A DNA stretch of 64,000 nt from Planctomycetia bacterium. GTDB taxonomy: Bacteria > Planctomycetota > GCA-002687715. Each line of letters opens with the position of its first letter. Position 1 is the stretch's first letter. The DNA lies in NCBI GenBank assembly GCA_005790545.1, contig SXUL01000122.1, positions 7,249 to 71,248 on the forward strand. The letters are read 5' to 3'. The notes beneath the pieces are model-generated. The model did no database searches, was not told the origin of the DNA, and saw only the letters and a list, made by a program, of their open reading frames with translations. A program made the translations under genes and the position numbers. Shown in pieces: positions 21,166 to 34,364 of the stretch.

Positions 21166-22766
21166 CAAGGGCCTCCCGTCACATGAACTTCGTGGTGGCG
21201 CCCGAAGACGCCTTCGAGGACCGCCGTGATCTCGCCGAGGGTGACGCGCGCCTCCACGGCATCCAGCACGGGCTGAAAGAGATTCGCGCCACTCAGCGCC
21301 GCGACATGGATCGCCAGCAACGCCGCCTCCGCGCGACCCGCGTTGCGCCGCGCTCGCAAGCTGCGCATGGCCTCCGCGCGCGCACCGGCAAGTTCCGGAT
21401 CGTGCTTGAAGAGCGGCACCTTGGTCGGCGCGCCTTCCTCGTGACAGTTCACGCCCACGACCTTCTGCGCACCGCTTTCGATGGCGCGTTGATGGACATA
21501 TGCCGCGCGCTGGATCTCGCGCTGCACGTAGCCGGCTTCGATGGCCGCTGCCGCCCCACCGAGAGCGTCCATCGACGCGATGATGGCCGATGCCGCCGCT
21601 TCGAGTTTGTCGGTGAGCGCCTCGATGAACGGCGCGCCTCCCAGCGGGTCCACCGTCGCTGTGACGCCACTTTCGACCGCGAGCACCTGCTGCGTCCGGA
21701 GCGCCAGCCGCGCTGATTCCTCGCCGGGCAGCGCGAGCGCTTCGTCATAGGAATTGGTGTGCAGGCTCTGCGTGCCTCCCAGCACCGCGGCGAGCGCCTG
21801 CAAGGTCACGCGCACCGTGTTCACCATGGGCTGGCGCGCCGTCAGCGTCGAACCCGCTGTCTGGGTGTGAAAGCGCAGCATGCAGCAACGCTCGTCGGTG
21901 GCGCCGAAGCGCTCGCGCATGATGCGCGCCCAGAGCCGTCGTGCCGCCCGGAACTTCGCGACCTCTTCGAAGAGGTCATTGTGCGCGTTGAAGAAAAAAC
22001 TCATGCGCGGTGCGAAATCCTGCAGCGCGAGCCCGGCTGCGCAGGCCGCCTCGACGTACGCGATGCCATTGGCCAGGGTGAACCCGACCTCCTGCGCGGC
22101 GGTACAGCCCGCCTCGCGCATGTGGTAACCCGAAACGGAGATGGTGTTCATGCGCGGCATGCGCTCGGCTGCCGCCTGGAACACGTCTGTGACGAGGCGG
22201 AGCGACGGACGCGGCGGAAAGCGCCAGGTGCCGCGCGCGGCGTACTCCTTCAGAATGTCGTTTTGCAGCGTGCCGCCGAGCGCGTTTTCAGGCACGCCCT
22301 GTGCCCGCCCCACGGCTGCGTAGAACGCAAGCAGCACGATGGCCGTCGTGTTGATGGTCATCGAGGTCGTGACCTTGTCGAGCGGAATGCCGTCGAAGAG
22401 TTCGAGCGCGTCATCGAGGCAGGCGATGGAAACACCCACACGCCCGACCTCCGGCTGCGCAAGCGGATGATCCGGGTCGTAGCCCATCTGCGTCGGGAGG
22501 TCGAAGGCCGTACTGAGCCCCGTCTGGCCCGCCGCAAGCAGAAAGCGGAAGCGCTCGTTGGTGGCTTTCGCACCGCCGAACCCCGCGTACTGGCGCATGG
22601 TCCACGGACGCGCGCGGTACATCTCTGCATGAATGCCACGCGTGAAGGGCCAGTGCCCCGGTTCGCCCAGCGCTGCAAGATCGGGTGCGCTCGTGTAGAC
22701 GCGCTCCACGGGAATGTCCGATGTGGTGCGGAACGCGCGGCCCGGGCCCTGCTCCTTGCCGCTCAT
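21165..22766 (-). CDS. methylmalonyl-CoA mutase, catalytic (TIM-barrel) subunit without B12-binding domain
   Basis: [37 protein letters not shown] and SGYHMREAG are hallmark mutase substrate-domain motifs. There is no C-terminal cobalamin-binding DxHxxG domain. Confidence 0.88.
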   Translation of the reverse strand: MSGKEQGPGRAFRTTSDIPVERVYTSAPDLAALGEPGHWPFTRGIHAEMYRARPWTMRQYAGFGGAKATNERFRFLLAAGQTGLSTAFDLPTQMGYDPDHPLAQPEVGRVGVSIACLDDALELFDGIPLDKVTTSMTINTTAIVLLAFYAAVGRAQGVPENALGGTLQNDILKEYAARGTWRFPPRPSLRLVTDVFQAAAERMPRMNTISVSGYHMREAGCTAAQEVGFTLANGIAYVEAACAAGLALQDFAPRMSFFFNAHNDLFEEVAKFRAARRLWARIMRERFGATDERCCMLRFHTQTAGSTLTARQPMVNTVRVTLQALAAVLGGTQSLHTNSYDEALALPGEESARLALRTQQVLAVESGVTATVDPLGGAPFIEALTDKLEAAASAIIASMDALGGAAAAIEAGYVQREIQRAAYVHQRAIESGAQKVVGVNCHEEGAPTKVPLFKHDPELAGARAEAMRSLRARRNAGRAEAALLAIHVAALSGANLFQPVLDAVEARVTLGEITAVLEGVFGRHHEVHVTGGP

Positions 22767-24181
22767 GCGCTTTCTCCATGCCGCCGCCGCCGCCGTGACG
22801 AAGGAATACCGAGGGATTTGCGGTACTTCGTCACCGTGCGCCGTGCCACGACCACGCCGTGGTCGCGCTGCAACTTGTTCACGAGGTCATCATCGTCGAG
22901 AGGATGCTGCGCATCCTCTGCGGCCACGATTTCCTTCACCTTCAGGAGCACGGCATCCCGCGATTTCGAGTTCTCGCCGGTGGTGCTCTTGGCCGCGCCA
23001 ACGAAGAGTTCCTTCATGGCAATCAGGCCCCGATGCGACTGGATGTATTTCTCGGAACATGCGCGCGATACGGTGCTGACGTGAATCCCGAGCCCCGTCG
23101 CCAGTTCCTGCATCTTCAAGGGATGGATGTAATGCGGACCGTGATCGAAGTAGTCGCGCTGCCTTTGCACAAGAGCTGAAGCCACATCGTGCAGCGTCTG
23201 CTTCCTCCTCTGAACCGCGATGATGAAGGAGCGCGCCGCCTCGACTTTCCGTCTCACGTACTCGCGGTATTCGGGCGTGGTGTCCGGCGATTGCAGCGCG
23301 AGGCGCCACGCATTGCTGAGGCGGAGCTCCGGCAGCCAATCATCCGAGAGCTTCACCTCGTAATCGCATCCGTTCCACTCCACGAGCACATCCGGCCTGA
23401 TGTAGTGGTTGAAACCGGCGCCGATGCCGCGTGCAGGATGCAGGGTGTAGCGTTCGAGTCCGCGCGCGAGACGTTCGATTTCCGTCACGGGAAGCTTCAT
23501 CGCGTGGGCGATCTTGCCGACGAGGTTGCGGTCGAGCTGGTCCATGTGCTCGGCCACGAGGCGACGGATCTGGTCAGCGTCAGGGTCCTCGTTGCGGATC
23601 TGGAGCAACAGGCATTCAGCGCGGGTGCGCGCAGCCACACCGCGTGGTTCGAGGCTCTGCACGTAGGCGAGAACGCGCTCCCCTTCCTCCGGTGTGAAGC
23701 GGTCGGAAACGGGTTGCAGCACCTCTTCGAGGGCGCCCGTGAGGAACCCATCCTCGTTCAGATTGCCGATGATGGCCTCGGCCAGTTCGTCGAAACGCGG
23801 ATCCACGCCGAGAAGGGCGTACTGGTCCAGCAACTGTTGCTGCAACCCCGGGGCCGAGCCGGCGGTGTTGAGCATCGCCTCGAGTTTGCCGTCAGGCTCG
23901 CCGGACTGCGCGACCGGCCGCCGCCGCGTCTCGGGGTCGTCCCAGATATCGAGGCGTTCGAGCCGCTCCTCCTCCGCCGCCTCGCGCTCGCGTTCGTTCT
24001 GGTTGTCGGGCGCTTCCTCTGGCGCCTCGTCAGTACGCTCGAGAAACTCATTCACATCGAGCTCGGCCTCGATAGCCGTCTCAAGGTCCATCGACTGGAG
24101 TTGCAGGAGCTCGATGGATTGGATCATCTGCGGCGCGAGACGCAGCCCCAGTTCCATCTTTTGTTGCAGGCGCAGGTCCAT
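22763..24181 (-). CDS. rpoN: RNA polymerase sigma-54 factor
   Basis: N-terminal Gln/Leu-rich region I, core-binding region and the C-terminal RpoN box ARRTVTKYR. Confidence 0.9.
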   Translation of the reverse strand: MDLRLQQKMELGLRLAPQMIQSIELLQLQSMDLETAIEAELDVNEFLERTDEAPEEAPDNQNEREREAAEEERLERLDIWDDPETRRRPVAQSGEPDGKLEAMLNTAGSAPGLQQQLLDQYALLGVDPRFDELAEAIIGNLNEDGFLTGALEEVLQPVSDRFTPEEGERVLAYVQSLEPRGVAARTRAECLLLQIRNEDPDADQIRRLVAEHMDQLDRNLVGKIAHAMKLPVTEIERLARGLERYTLHPARGIGAGFNHYIRPDVLVEWNGCDYEVKLSDDWLPELRLSNAWRLALQSPDTTPEYREYVRRKVEAARSFIIAVQRRKQTLHDVASALVQRQRDYFDHGPHYIHPLKMQELATGLGIHVSTVSRACSEKYIQSHRGLIAMKELFVGAAKSTTGENSKSRDAVLLKVKEIVAAEDAQHPLDDDDLVNKLQRDHGVVVARRTVTKYRKSLGIPSSRRRRRHGESA

Positions 24182-24819
24182 CAGGAGGCCCCTTCCCCGC
24201 GCAGTGCCCGGCGTTGTTCAAGGGCCTCTTCAAGCACGGGCGCTCCGAGCCACTCGATGTGCGCCCCTTGCGGCAAACCGCGCGCGAGACGTGAAAGCGG
24301 CAACTTCTCGCGCCCCAAGGCCTCTTCGAGCAGGCTGAGAGTGAGGTCACCGCGCTTGTCGGGATTGGTGGCGAGGATCACCTCCCTCACTCCGGCGCGG
24401 CAGCGCTCAAGCAGTGCCTTCACTTCGCCCGCAAGGCTCGCACGCAACTCTTCGAGGTGGATGCGATTGCCTGCGACGCCGCGCGCGCCCAGCACGTGAT
24501 AGGTGCCCTGCCAGCGGCCCATACGCTCGAAGGCAGCCAGTTCGCGCTCGCTCTCGACCACCAGAATGAGGCCTCGGTCACGCGTGGTGTCGGCACAGAT
24601 GGCGCATGTGGACTCCAAGGAGACCGCGTTGCAGATGCGGCAGGCCTTGAGCTTCTCCTTCACCTCCTGGATGGCGCGCGCGAGGGCGAGAGCCTCGTCC
24701 TTTCCGCCTTGCAGGATGTGAAAGGCAAGCCGTTCCGCCGTCTGCTCGCCAACGCCCGGCAGTTCGCCGAGGCCTCGGATGAGCTGGAGCAGTGGATCGG
24801 GGAACACGCCCAAAGGCAC
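24181..24819 (-). CDS. recR: recombination protein RecR
   Basis: HhH motif LPGVGEQTAERLAF, C4 zinc finger CRICNAVSLESTCAIC and a Toprim domain. Confidence 0.9.
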   Translation of the reverse strand: MPLGVFPDPLLQLIRGLGELPGVGEQTAERLAFHILQGGKDEALALARAIQEVKEKLKACRICNAVSLESTCAICADTTRDRGLILVVESERELAAFERMGRWQGTYHVLGARGVAGNRIHLEELRASLAGEVKALLERCRAGVREVILATNPDKRGDLTLSLLEEALGREKLPLSRLARGLPQGAHIEWLGAPVLEEALEQRRALRGEGAS

Positions 24820-24919
24820 ACCTCACGCAGCGCTCCCGCACTTCGCGAGGATGCGCCCGGTCAGAGGATACGCCCGCCGGGGGTTCCCTGCCAACATTGG
24901 CACGCGTTTTGCTGGAGGC

Positions 24920-25237
24920 TCAGAACATCCCGCCCAGGCCGGCACCTCCGGTGACCTTGGCCATGGCGTCTTCCGAGAGCTTCTTCGACTTGGCAAGACC
25001 GTCTTTCAGCGCCACGAGCAGGAGATCTTCAAGCATGGAGGGATCGGATGGGTCGATGGCCGCGGCGGCCACGCGCACAGCGTGAGGATTCTGTGTGCCA
25101 TCGAAGGTGATGCGCACGAGACCATCTGCGGCCTTCCCCTCCACCATGCGCTCTTTCAGTTCGTTCTGGACGCGATCCATTTCGTCCTTCATCTTGCGGG
25201 CTTGAGCGAGCATCTGGCGCGGATCCATGCCTTTCAT
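24920..25237 (-). CDS. ybaB: YbaB/EbfC nucleoid-associated protein
   Basis: MKGMDPRQMLAQARKMKDEMDRVQNEL...; 105 aa. Sits in the classical dnaX-ybaB-recR arrangement. Confidence 0.85.
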   Translation of the reverse strand: MKGMDPRQMLAQARKMKDEMDRVQNELKERMVEGKAADGLVRITFDGTQNPHAVRVAAAAIDPSDPSMLEDLLLVALKDGLAKSKKLSEDAMAKVTGGAGLGGMF

Positions 25238-27096
25238 GTGCGTTCCTCTGCTGGGTTCTGGTTGGAGACGTTGACGACGGTGCCATTGAAGGTGGCGGTG
25301 AGTTTCATGACGCCGGGATGGCGTTCCGGCGCGACAGAAGGTGTGTTCTCGCTTCCGGCTTCCGGCGCCGGCGCCGCGACGCACTCCACACGCAAAGCCG
25401 CACCGAACACACTCAGGAGGGACTGCTCGAGTTGGCGTCGGCGCTCGGGTTCGCCGAGCGTCTTCAAGGCGTGCGCGGTCTGGATGCGGAGCTTCAGGAC
25501 ACCACCCTGCACGGCCAGCGGTTCCGAATTGACCAGGAAGCCGCCAAGCATCCGGTTCTGCTGCCCGAGCAAGGTCATGAACTTCGGCCAGCCGAGAACG
25601 AGCTTCGGGAGATCGAGGCTCTCGACAGACACTGTGGGCGCGACGACAGGTGCAGTCACGGTCGGGGCTGAGCCCGCCGACGCAGCCGGCACTGCCCGCG
25701 CTGGTGAAGGCGCGTGTGACGGAGCCGACTGAAAGGACGGACGCGCAGGAGGCGGAGGCGCCACGATCGACTCGGCACGCGACGGCGCCGCAACCGGCGC
25801 GGCGCGCTGCGCGAGCGGCGCTGCAGGCTGAGAATCCTTCCGCAACGTGGCCGGCGGCTGCCAGCGAGGTGGAGCTTCAGCCGCTCCCTGCGCAGGCGAT
25901 ACGCCACCCCCCGCCGCGAGCAGACTCTTCAACTCCTCCGCACTCACCAGCTCACGCGAAAGGATCATCTTCAGCAGAGCCAGCTCCAGTTGCACGCGCG
26001 GGAAACCAGCGAGCTTCATTTCGCGCCGGGCGTTCAAGAGCAGACGCATCCCGAGCAGCACCTGCTGCAAGGGCAGTGTCTCCAGAAAACGGTTCGCGAG
26101 TTCTGTCGACGGCCCGGCCTCGACGCGGGATTGGTCGCGCGCCATGGCGACCATGGCGGCACGCAAGAGTTCCACGAGATCATCAAGAAGGACTTCTGCA
26201 TCCCGGCCGCGCTCGAAGGCCAGATCGAGACCGTCCAGCAGCGCGCGCTTGTCGCGCTTGCACAGCGCCTCCACGATGGGCGCGGCGAGATCCCGTCCGG
26301 AAAGACCGAGGTTCGTGCGCACACCTTCGAGAGTGATGACACCCCCACCGCCCGCGATGCACTGGTCGAGCAGCGAGAGCGCATCTCGGAGTCCGCCTTC
26401 GGAGCGGTGGGCGATCACGGCAAGCGCTTCTTCCTCGACGCTGATGCCCTCGCGCGCGGCGATGTCCTTCAGGCGCTGGACAATGGCGGCTCCTGGAATG
26501 CGCCGGAAATCGAAGCGCTGGCAACGGGAGGTGATGGTCTCAGGCACCGCGGCTGATTCCGTGGTCGCAAAAATGAACTTCACATGGCGCGGCGGTTCCT
26601 CGAGGGTCTTCAAGAGCGCGTTGAAGGCCTGGATCGTGAGCATGTGCACTTCGTCGAGGATGTAGACCTTGAAGCGCGCGCGCGCCGGCGCGTAGGCCGC
26701 GTTGTCCCGGATCTGCCGGATCTCGTCGATACCACGATTGCTGGCACCGTCGATTTCGAGCACGTCCATGTCATCGCCGCGGGCGATGGCCTTGCAAATA
26801 TCGCACTCGGCACAGGGTTCGCCGCCCTTGGATTCCGGGCACTGCAGCGCCTTGGCGAGGATGCGCGCGGTGCTGGTCTTGCCCGTGCCGCGACTGCCGG
26901 AAAAGAGAAACGCGTTGGCCACGCGGTCCTGAGTCAGCGCGTTCTTGAGAGTCTCGGAAACGACGTCCTGACCCACCAGATCCGCGAAGCGTCGCGGCCG
27001 ATACTTGAGTGCCAGAGGTTCGTGACTCACCGCATGCCGCTCCCTGCAGAGGCCATGGCGGAGGCCGTGAACCACCGCCCGATCATGCGGAACCAC
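25234..27096 (-). CDS. dnaX: DNA polymerase III subunits gamma/tau
   Basis: LALKYRPRRFADLVGQD, Walker A GSRGTGKTSTARILAKAL, Zn-module CPESKGGEPCAECDIC and a tau-like Pro/Ala-rich C-terminus. The true start may be the GTG near 27030. Confidence 0.85.
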   Translation of the reverse strand: MVPHDRAVVHGLRHGLCRERHAVSHEPLALKYRPRRFADLVGQDVVSETLKNALTQDRVANAFLFSGSRGTGKTSTARILAKALQCPESKGGEPCAECDICKAIARGDDMDVLEIDGASNRGIDEIRQIRDNAAYAPARARFKVYILDEVHMLTIQAFNALLKTLEEPPRHVKFIFATTESAAVPETITSRCQRFDFRRIPGAAIVQRLKDIAAREGISVEEEALAVIAHRSEGGLRDALSLLDQCIAGGGGVITLEGVRTNLGLSGRDLAAPIVEALCKRDKRALLDGLDLAFERGRDAEVLLDDLVELLRAAMVAMARDQSRVEAGPSTELANRFLETLPLQQVLLGMRLLLNARREMKLAGFPRVQLELALLKMILSRELVSAEELKSLLAAGGGVSPAQGAAEAPPRWQPPATLRKDSQPAAPLAQRAAPVAAPSRAESIVAPPPPARPSFQSAPSHAPSPARAVPAASAGSAPTVTAPVVAPTVSVESLDLPKLVLGWPKFMTLLGQQNRMLGGFLVNSEPLAVQGGVLKLRIQTAHALKTLGEPERRRQLEQSLLSVFGAALRVECVAAPAPEAGSENTPSVAPERHPGVMKLTATFNGTVVNVSNQNPAEERT

Positions 27097-27300
27097 GACA
27101 CACGAACTGATCCGCGGGAGGCTGCTCCATTCCTGGTCTGACCTGGTTGGCGGCTGCCCGTTGCATGGGACACGACCGGGCGGAGGTTCAGGACCTCCAC
27201 CATGCCCTTGGGGTCTCGAGTCTATGCGCGAGAGCGACTTCGCACAAAGTCTGAGTGCGCGTTGAGATCCCGCGCGCGAACCTTAGAATCGCGCCCTCCC

Positions 27301-27387
<87 letters not shown>

Positions 27388-27426
27388 TTCATGGCGCGGT
27401 TGTTCGACCCCGCGCCCGGTTCGTCA

Positions 27427-27513
27427 GGAGAGGTGTCCGAGTGGCTTAAGGAGCACGCTTGGACAGCGTGTTTACGGGAAACCGTAACGAGGGTTCGAAT
27501 CCCTCCCTCTCCG
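27427..27513 (+). tRNA. tRNA-Ser (GGA)
   Basis: GGAGAGGTGTCCGAGTGGCTTAAGGAGCACGCTTGGACAGCGTG...; anticodon loop TTGGACA; long variable arm. Confidence 0.85.
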
Positions 27514-27551
27514 TTCGCGCGCGCGTCACGACGCACGCGCCGTTCTTGAAG

Positions 27552-28094
27552 ATGGTGACGGCAGAAGACATGGATTGCGTGCAGGGTGGGGCGGCAACGC
27601 CTCCACCCCGCGCGCAAACACCTCTCGGCCGCGTCCACGAGCTTGAGTTCACCCTCGCGTGGGTCGCACTCAGTCCGGATGACAAGAGTCCGGCCTCGCT
27701 CGCATGCGGCGCCCTCACGAACTACTGCGCCGGCCGTCTCTTGGAGATCCTCGACGTCCGACCGGAGGCCTTCAGCGCTCACGGGCTCGCGACTCTCCAT
27801 GCCGCAGGCCTGAACCGCTGGTGTGGCGGATGCGCTCAACCGCTGGACGTTCTTGAAGCGCGCGTCGAATTGCTGCGCGATCTTGGACGCTGGCTGGAAG
27901 CGGACTGCCAAGGGCTGTTCGCCAACGCCATCACCGCCTCCAAGGGCAGACTCGGGGGCAGCAGCGGCCTGCTCGCCCGGCTCGCGCGCACCAAGGCCTA
28001 CGCCAATGTGCGGGGCGACCGCGTGCGAAGGCTCTTCGATGCCCTCGAGAGCATGCAGGTCTTCAAGGCCGTCGACCCCGACGCCCTCGGCTGA
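27552..28094 (+). CDS. hypothetical protein
   Basis: ATG at 27552 follows the second tRNA-Ser; the ORF-finder extension back into the tRNAs is rejected. No family recognised. Confidence 0.4.
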   Translation: MVTAEDMDCVQGGAATPPPRAQTPLGRVHELEFTLAWVALSPDDKSPASLACGALTNYCAGRLLEILDVRPEAFSAHGLATLHAAGLNRWCGGCAQPLDVLEARVELLRDLGRWLEADCQGLFANAITASKGRLGGSSGLLARLARTKAYANVRGDRVRRLFDALESMQVFKAVDPDALG

Positions 28095-28595
28095 TCACTC
28101 CCCCGGAGAGGTCGCTGGTGGCTCGCCCGCGAGTGCCGCACGCCGCTTCCGGAAGAACTCGCTGAGCACGTGCGCACATTCCTCCCCCAGCACACCGACC
28201 ACCGGTGTGACCCGGTGGTTCAAACGCTCGTGATTGCTGATGTCGAGCACCGAACCGCAGGCGCCGGCCTTCGGGTCCTTCGCTCCGTAGACCAGTCGCG
28301 GGATGCGCGCGAGCACGATGGCACCGGCACACATGGCGCAGGGTTCCAGCGTCACATAGAGCGTGCACTCGAGGAGGCGCCAGCTCGCGAGCTCCCCTGC
28401 CGCCGCGGTGATGGCGATCATTTCCGCGTGTGCGGTCGGGTCGTGCAGGGTCTCGCGCTGGTTGTGCCCGCGGCCGATGATGCGGCCCTTGTGCACGATG
28501 ATCGCTCCGACGGGAACTTCGCCTTCCGCCCCGGCGGCCTCGGCCTCGCGAAGCGCCTTCCTCATCCACACCTCGTCTTCGTCGGGGAGTTTCAT
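28095..28595 (-). CDS. tadA: tRNA-specific adenosine deaminase
   Basis: CDA-fold zinc motifs HAEMIAI and PCAMCAGAI. Confidence 0.85.
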   Translation of the reverse strand: MKLPDEDEVWMRKALREAEAAGAEGEVPVGAIIVHKGRIIGRGHNQRETLHDPTAHAEMIAITAAAGELASWRLLECTLYVTLEPCAMCAGAIVLARIPRLVYGAKDPKAGACGSVLDISNHERLNHRVTPVVGVLGEECAHVLSEFFRKRRAALAGEPPATSPGE

Positions 28596-31500
28596 GCGCC
28601 AAGCCTGCCGTCGGCTGACATGCGCACATCCAGTTGCGGGAACGGGATGGCGATCTTCTCCTCCTGGAAGCGCGTCAGCACGGCTTCGCGGACTTCGGCC
28701 ACCTGCCTGTCACGTGCGCCCGGGGCCGTCACCCAGAACCAGATGAGCAACATCACTGCGCTGTCTGCCGTGTCGTCGATGAGCACATCCGCCGGCGGCC
28801 GTTGCCGCACGAAGCTCTTCGTCGCCAGCACGGCGCGCACCAGGTTTGCAGCCCGCGCGAGGTCGGTGCCGTAGGCAACTCCGATGCGCACCGCGAGCCG
28901 CAAGGCCTCGCCGCGCACCACGCGCCCGCTGATGAGCCCGCTCTGCAACTGGCTGTTGGGAATGACCACGCTGGAGTTGTCCGCCATGCGCACCGTGGTG
29001 GCGCGCAAGGTGATGTTCTCCACCATGCCGTGGCTGCCCTCCACATTCAGTTCATCGCCGACTTTGAGCGGCCGCTCCACCAGCATCATGATGCCGGCGG
29101 CGGAACTGCGCACGAAGTCCTGCAGACCGAAGCCGATTCCGACGGACAACGCCGTGAGTGCCCAGGCGATCTGGCTTCCTTCCACCTGCAACTGCTTGAG
29201 CACGATGACGAACAAGACGCCTGTGAGCCCGTAGGTGGCCAGCGTCGCCGTCGCGAATTGGGCGCCCGGCTCCATCTGCGTGCGTGGCAGCACGACGAAG
29301 CGCAGCATGCGTGCTGCGTGGCGGATGAGGATGATGCCGATGGCGAGTGTGAGCACGCTCGCCGCAATGTCGGCACTCAAGGTGAAGGCGCGCGCTTCCA
29401 GCACCGCCGGAGCCACGGCCTCTTCCACCGTCCCCGACAGCACGACGAAGATGATGAGCGCCGCAGGCCCGAAAACCGCCGTCCGCACGAGGAGCCGCCT
29501 CAAGAGCCCCGTTGCGCGTCGCGCATTCGCGGCCACGAACGCTGCGTCATCCTCGCATTCATCCCGGCGCACGGTGCGGAATTCGAGCTTCCCCAGCATG
29601 TTGCCGAAGAGCAAGGCGTAGATGAGTCCTGCCGCCACGGCGAGCCCCCCGGCTTCGAGCCAGGCCGTTTGCATCCTGCGTGCGGCGGCTTCATAGCGCA
29701 GCGCATGCAACAGAAAGAGCGCCATCAACGAACACGTGAGCAACGGCCAGAGGATCGCGAGCACGCCACGCAGCGTTGCGGCGCGCGCCGAATTCCCGCG
29801 CACCCAATCGGCCAAGAGACCGGGGCGCAGCGCTTGCGCAAGCAGCAGCGCGAGGATGCCGAGACTGGTGGCGAGCCACCAGAGTTCGAGGAATCCGGCG
29901 TTCTGCTCCGCGTAGCCCGTGCGTTCGAGCAGCAACCCGATGGGCACTGTGGCCAGCGAGAACCAGATCAGCCGCCCGCACGTGCGATGCAATGCGAGAG
30001 CAACGGGAGTGCTCACCTGCAGGGCGCGCCCCTCCGTGCTGGCAGGGTCGAAGAGGAGTTGTCGCGCCGCATGCAGTGCCTGCCATGCAAAAGGCGTGAG
30101 AAAGATCACTGCGAGCGGCCCCTCCAGCGGATTCCCGCCGCCCACGCCCCGCACGGCCGCGTATCCGACAGCGAGGATGAGCGAGAGATGCGTGCGCCGC
30201 AGCCAGGCCGCAAGCAGCCGCCACATGCGCCCGCTCGTCCCGTGCTGATGCGCTTCCATCCACGAAAACGTCTCCGGCAGACGACGCCGGAACATGAGTG
30301 ATGCAAGGACGAACACCGCCATCACGCCCGCCATGAGAATGGTGCCGCGGAGATTGGCAGGGTCACTCGCGACAGTCCACCAACCCGCGAGCTCGCGGCC
30401 GATCGCGCCCGGCAGTTGCGCTGGCAGGTCCGGAAGATCGCCCCACGCGCGCAGCATGCAATCCCACCCAGCCTCGCTGCGTGAGCGCATCCACAAGGCG
30501 CGCGGCCCCAGTTCGCGCTCGGCATTTTCGATGCGTACGAGTTGCTGATGCGCCGCTGCGCGCGAGCTCTCGAGTGCGCTCAGGAGTGCATCCCGGGCAC
30601 CGTCGAGGGCAGCGCTTGCGGGCGCGTTGCGGCCGAGCGGCGCCTCCATGCGCGGCTCCATGCGAATGGATTTCAAACGCTCCGCACGCGCCTCTTCCAA
30701 AGCGCGCAGCGTGTTCCCATCGGACAGGAGCAGCGCGCGCAGGCGGCGCATGGCCTCCGCCTCGGCTGGCAACGCCCCGACGTCTCCCTTGCGGGCCGCA
30801 TCAATGCGCTGCAGCACCTCGTCGGTGCGGAGCGCCACCAGAATCCGTTCCCCATCCGCAGCATCCGCGCTCTGGACCGCCTCCAGTTCCAGTTCGAACT
30901 GCAGCGTTCGCCGGCGCTGCACCAAACGACGGTGTTGCAGCCACCCCTCGCTCCCGACCGTTGCACCAACGAGCTTCAGAGCCTCGGCCGCAAGTGCCTG
31001 ATCTTCCACCTCGGCCGCCGCGCCCCGTTCCTCCTCGAGGACCTTGAGCCTCGCCTGCAACGCATCGCGCCGCGTGGAAGCTTCATCCTGCTGGAGCTGG
31101 ACCACCTCCATTTCGAGACCGCGCACTTCGAGCGCATCACCCTCCATGCCGACGGCGGCGAGTTCAAAGCGGCGCAATTCGAGCCGCGCCAGAAACTCGC
31201 GCTCCCTTGGCATCCACAGCTCTGCGCCGGACTGTCCGGAAGCCTCCGCCGCACTGCTGTCGCGCACGAGCGCTTCGAGCCCGGCCTCGGCCACCGCCCG
31301 ACTCTGTTCGAGACTTTGGAGCTCCTGCACGCGCGTGGCCATCCCGCGAGAAAGTGCCGTCACCCGCTCGCGAAAGAGCTTCTCGTCTTCGCCTGCGGCG
31401 CTGATGAGGGTGCGCACCGCCAGCGCTTCGCTGCCGGCCTCGCTGCGGCGCACGGAAAGAGCTTCGGAGGGCAAGCCTGTGAAGGCAGTGACTGCGGCTG

Positions 31501-31936
31501 CGCGCGCCGCCACGACACGCGCCCTCTCCCCGTCGAGGGTGAGCTTCTGGCGTCGCAATGCGTCGCGTGTCTCTGTGAGCCGATGCGTGAAACCACCGCG
31601 CTTGCTCCCCAGCGCCGAGGACTCCTGCAGCATGCGCTCGATGTCGAGCAGCGCATCCTTCTCTCGCCCGAGGACGAGCGCCAGTGCCTGGAGCGCTGCG
31701 CGTTCACCACTCTCGCCTTCAGCAAGAAAGTTGACGCGCCGGAGGGATGCGGTGGTGGCGCTGAGCGCGTGACGCACCGCAGCCGCGTCAGCCAACGCCA
31801 GCGGGCGGCGCGCCACGGGCACCTCAAGCCAGCCTTCGTCCGTGGAGGACGGCGCGTCTTGTGCCGACAGGCCAGCAAGGCACGCACCCAAGGCCATGAG
31901 AAGCAGGCTTCCAGCGCGCGTCCAATGGCTTCTCAT
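28592..31936 (-). CDS. MscK/KefA-like mechanosensitive channel with long periplasmic coiled-coil domain
   Basis: Signal peptide [26 protein letters not shown] and an about 550-aa coiled-coil region. Multiple TM helices are followed by an MscS-family pore/beta domain ([33 protein letters not shown]...VVIPNSQL). Confidence 0.8.
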   Translation of the reverse strand: MRSHWTRAGSLLLMALGACLAGLSAQDAPSSTDEGWLEVPVARRPLALADAAAVRHALSATTASLRRVNFLAEGESGERAALQALALVLGREKDALLDIERMLQESSALGSKRGGFTHRLTETRDALRRQKLTLDGERARVVAARAAAVTAFTGLPSEALSVRRSEAGSEALAVRTLISAAGEDEKLFRERVTALSRGMATRVQELQSLEQSRAVAEAGLEALVRDSSAAEASGQSGAELWMPREREFLARLELRRFELAAVGMEGDALEVRGLEMEVVQLQQDEASTRRDALQARLKVLEEERGAAAEVEDQALAAEALKLVGATVGSEGWLQHRRLVQRRRTLQFELELEAVQSADAADGERILVALRTDEVLQRIDAARKGDVGALPAEAEAMRRLRALLLSDGNTLRALEEARAERLKSIRMEPRMEAPLGRNAPASAALDGARDALLSALESSRAAAHQQLVRIENAERELGPRALWMRSRSEAGWDCMLRAWGDLPDLPAQLPGAIGRELAGWWTVASDPANLRGTILMAGVMAVFVLASLMFRRRLPETFSWMEAHQHGTSGRMWRLLAAWLRRTHLSLILAVGYAAVRGVGGGNPLEGPLAVIFLTPFAWQALHAARQLLFDPASTEGRALQVSTPVALALHRTCGRLIWFSLATVPIGLLLERTGYAEQNAGFLELWWLATSLGILALLLAQALRPGLLADWVRGNSARAATLRGVLAILWPLLTCSLMALFLLHALRYEAAARRMQTAWLEAGGLAVAAGLIYALLFGNMLGKLEFRTVRRDECEDDAAFVAANARRATGLLRRLLVRTAVFGPAALIIFVVLSGTVEEAVAPAVLEARAFTLSADIAASVLTLAIGIILIRHAARMLRFVVLPRTQMEPGAQFATATLATYGLTGVLFVIVLKQLQVEGSQIAWALTALSVGIGFGLQDFVRSSAAGIMMLVERPLKVGDELNVEGSHGMVENITLRATTVRMADNSSVVIPNSQLQSGLISGRVVRGEALRLAVRIGVAYGTDLARAANLVRAVLATKSFVRQRPPADVLIDDTADSAVMLLIWFWVTAPGARDRQVAEVREAVLTRFQEEKIAIPFPQLDVRMSADGRLGA

Positions 31937-32280
31937 CGTGCAGCGCCTCCCGAGCACGATGGTAGCATCGCTCGCTTGCAGCGCGCCGAACTCATCATCA
32001 TCCTCGCCATCGCCATCATCGGTGGGCTCGCTCTGTGGATGGAGTCCCTTTCTCCGGACGCGGTGCGCATCATCGCCATCGTGCTCTGCACGATTCTGCT
32101 CGCGGGTTTCATCCTCGGTTACGTGCTGCGCGCCCGTCGGCGTGCCACGGAAGAAGGGGTGCAGCCGCGGGACCCGAACCGCCCGCATTCTTGAGGCCCT
32201 CCGTGGGCTCGTGAATCCGGTCGCGCACACCCTGTGAGGCCCGCGAATGGGCCGTTATCCTGCCGCCACCGGGGTGGCGC

Positions 32281-33392
<1,112 letters not shown>

Positions 33393-33396
<4 letters not shown>

Positions 33397-34364
33397 CCGA
33401 AGCCATCTGGATCTTCCTCGCCCTTGTGGCGGGGCTGCTTGCTCTCGACCTCGGGGTTTTTCACCGCAAGGCCCACGCCGTGGGCATGCTCGAAGCCCTC
33501 GGCTGGACGGTCTTCTGGATCGTCTGCGCGCTGCTCTTCAATGTGGCCGTCTGGGCCGCCTACGAGCACCGCTGGTTCGGTCTCGCCCCAGCACCGGAGG
33601 TGCTCCACCATCCGAAGGATGCGCTGGATGCCGCGTTGCTCTTCCTGACCGGCTACGGGTTCGAGAAGGCTCTTTCCCTCGACAACATCTTCGTCATCGC
33701 CGTCTTGTTGCGCTGGTTCCGCATTCCATCACAACACCAGCATCGGCTGCTCTTCTGGGGCATCATCGGCGCCATCATCCTCCGCGGTGCCTTCATCTAC
33801 GCGGGCACGGCTCTGGTCGAACGTTTCGCCTGGACCTTCATCGTCATGGGTGCACTGCTGGTCATCAGCGGTGTCCGCCTCTGGTTCGATGGCGACGACG
33901 AGAAGGACCCCGAACAGAGCTTTGTCTACAAGCGCATCCTGCGGCGTCTGCCGGTGGCGGAAGGTGATCACGGGCCGCGCTTCCTCGTGCGCATCAACGG
34001 CAAGCTCATGGCCACGCGCATGCTGCTCGCGCTGCTGATGATCGAGACGAGCGACGTGATCTTCGCGGTGGATTCCATCCCGGTGATCTTCGGCATCACC
34101 ATGGACCCCTTCATCATCCTCACCAGCAACATCTTCGCGATCCTCGGACTGCGTTCGCTCTTCTTCGTGCTGGAACAGGCGCTGGTGAAGTTCACCTACC
34201 TCAAGAAGGCCGTCACGCTCATTCTCGTGTTCATCGGCCTGAAGATGGTGCTGCACGACTGGATCAAGATCGACACGGCCGTTTCGCTCACTGTCCTCGG
34301 CCTGGCCGTGGCAGGTGGCGTGGTCGTCTCGCTCATGAAGCGTCCGGCGACTCCTCAAGGCTGA
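33393..34364 (+). CDS. TerC family integral membrane protein
   Basis: 7-TM protein with the TerC-type paired acidic motifs (LSLDNIFVIAVL ... ETSDVIFAVDSIPVIFG). Confidence 0.75.

Noticed and set aside
28634-30301. 555-aa plus-strand ORF (and other long plus-strand ORFs 30542-32194)
   Set aside because: Antisense to the MscK-like channel gene. No start context and no motifs.
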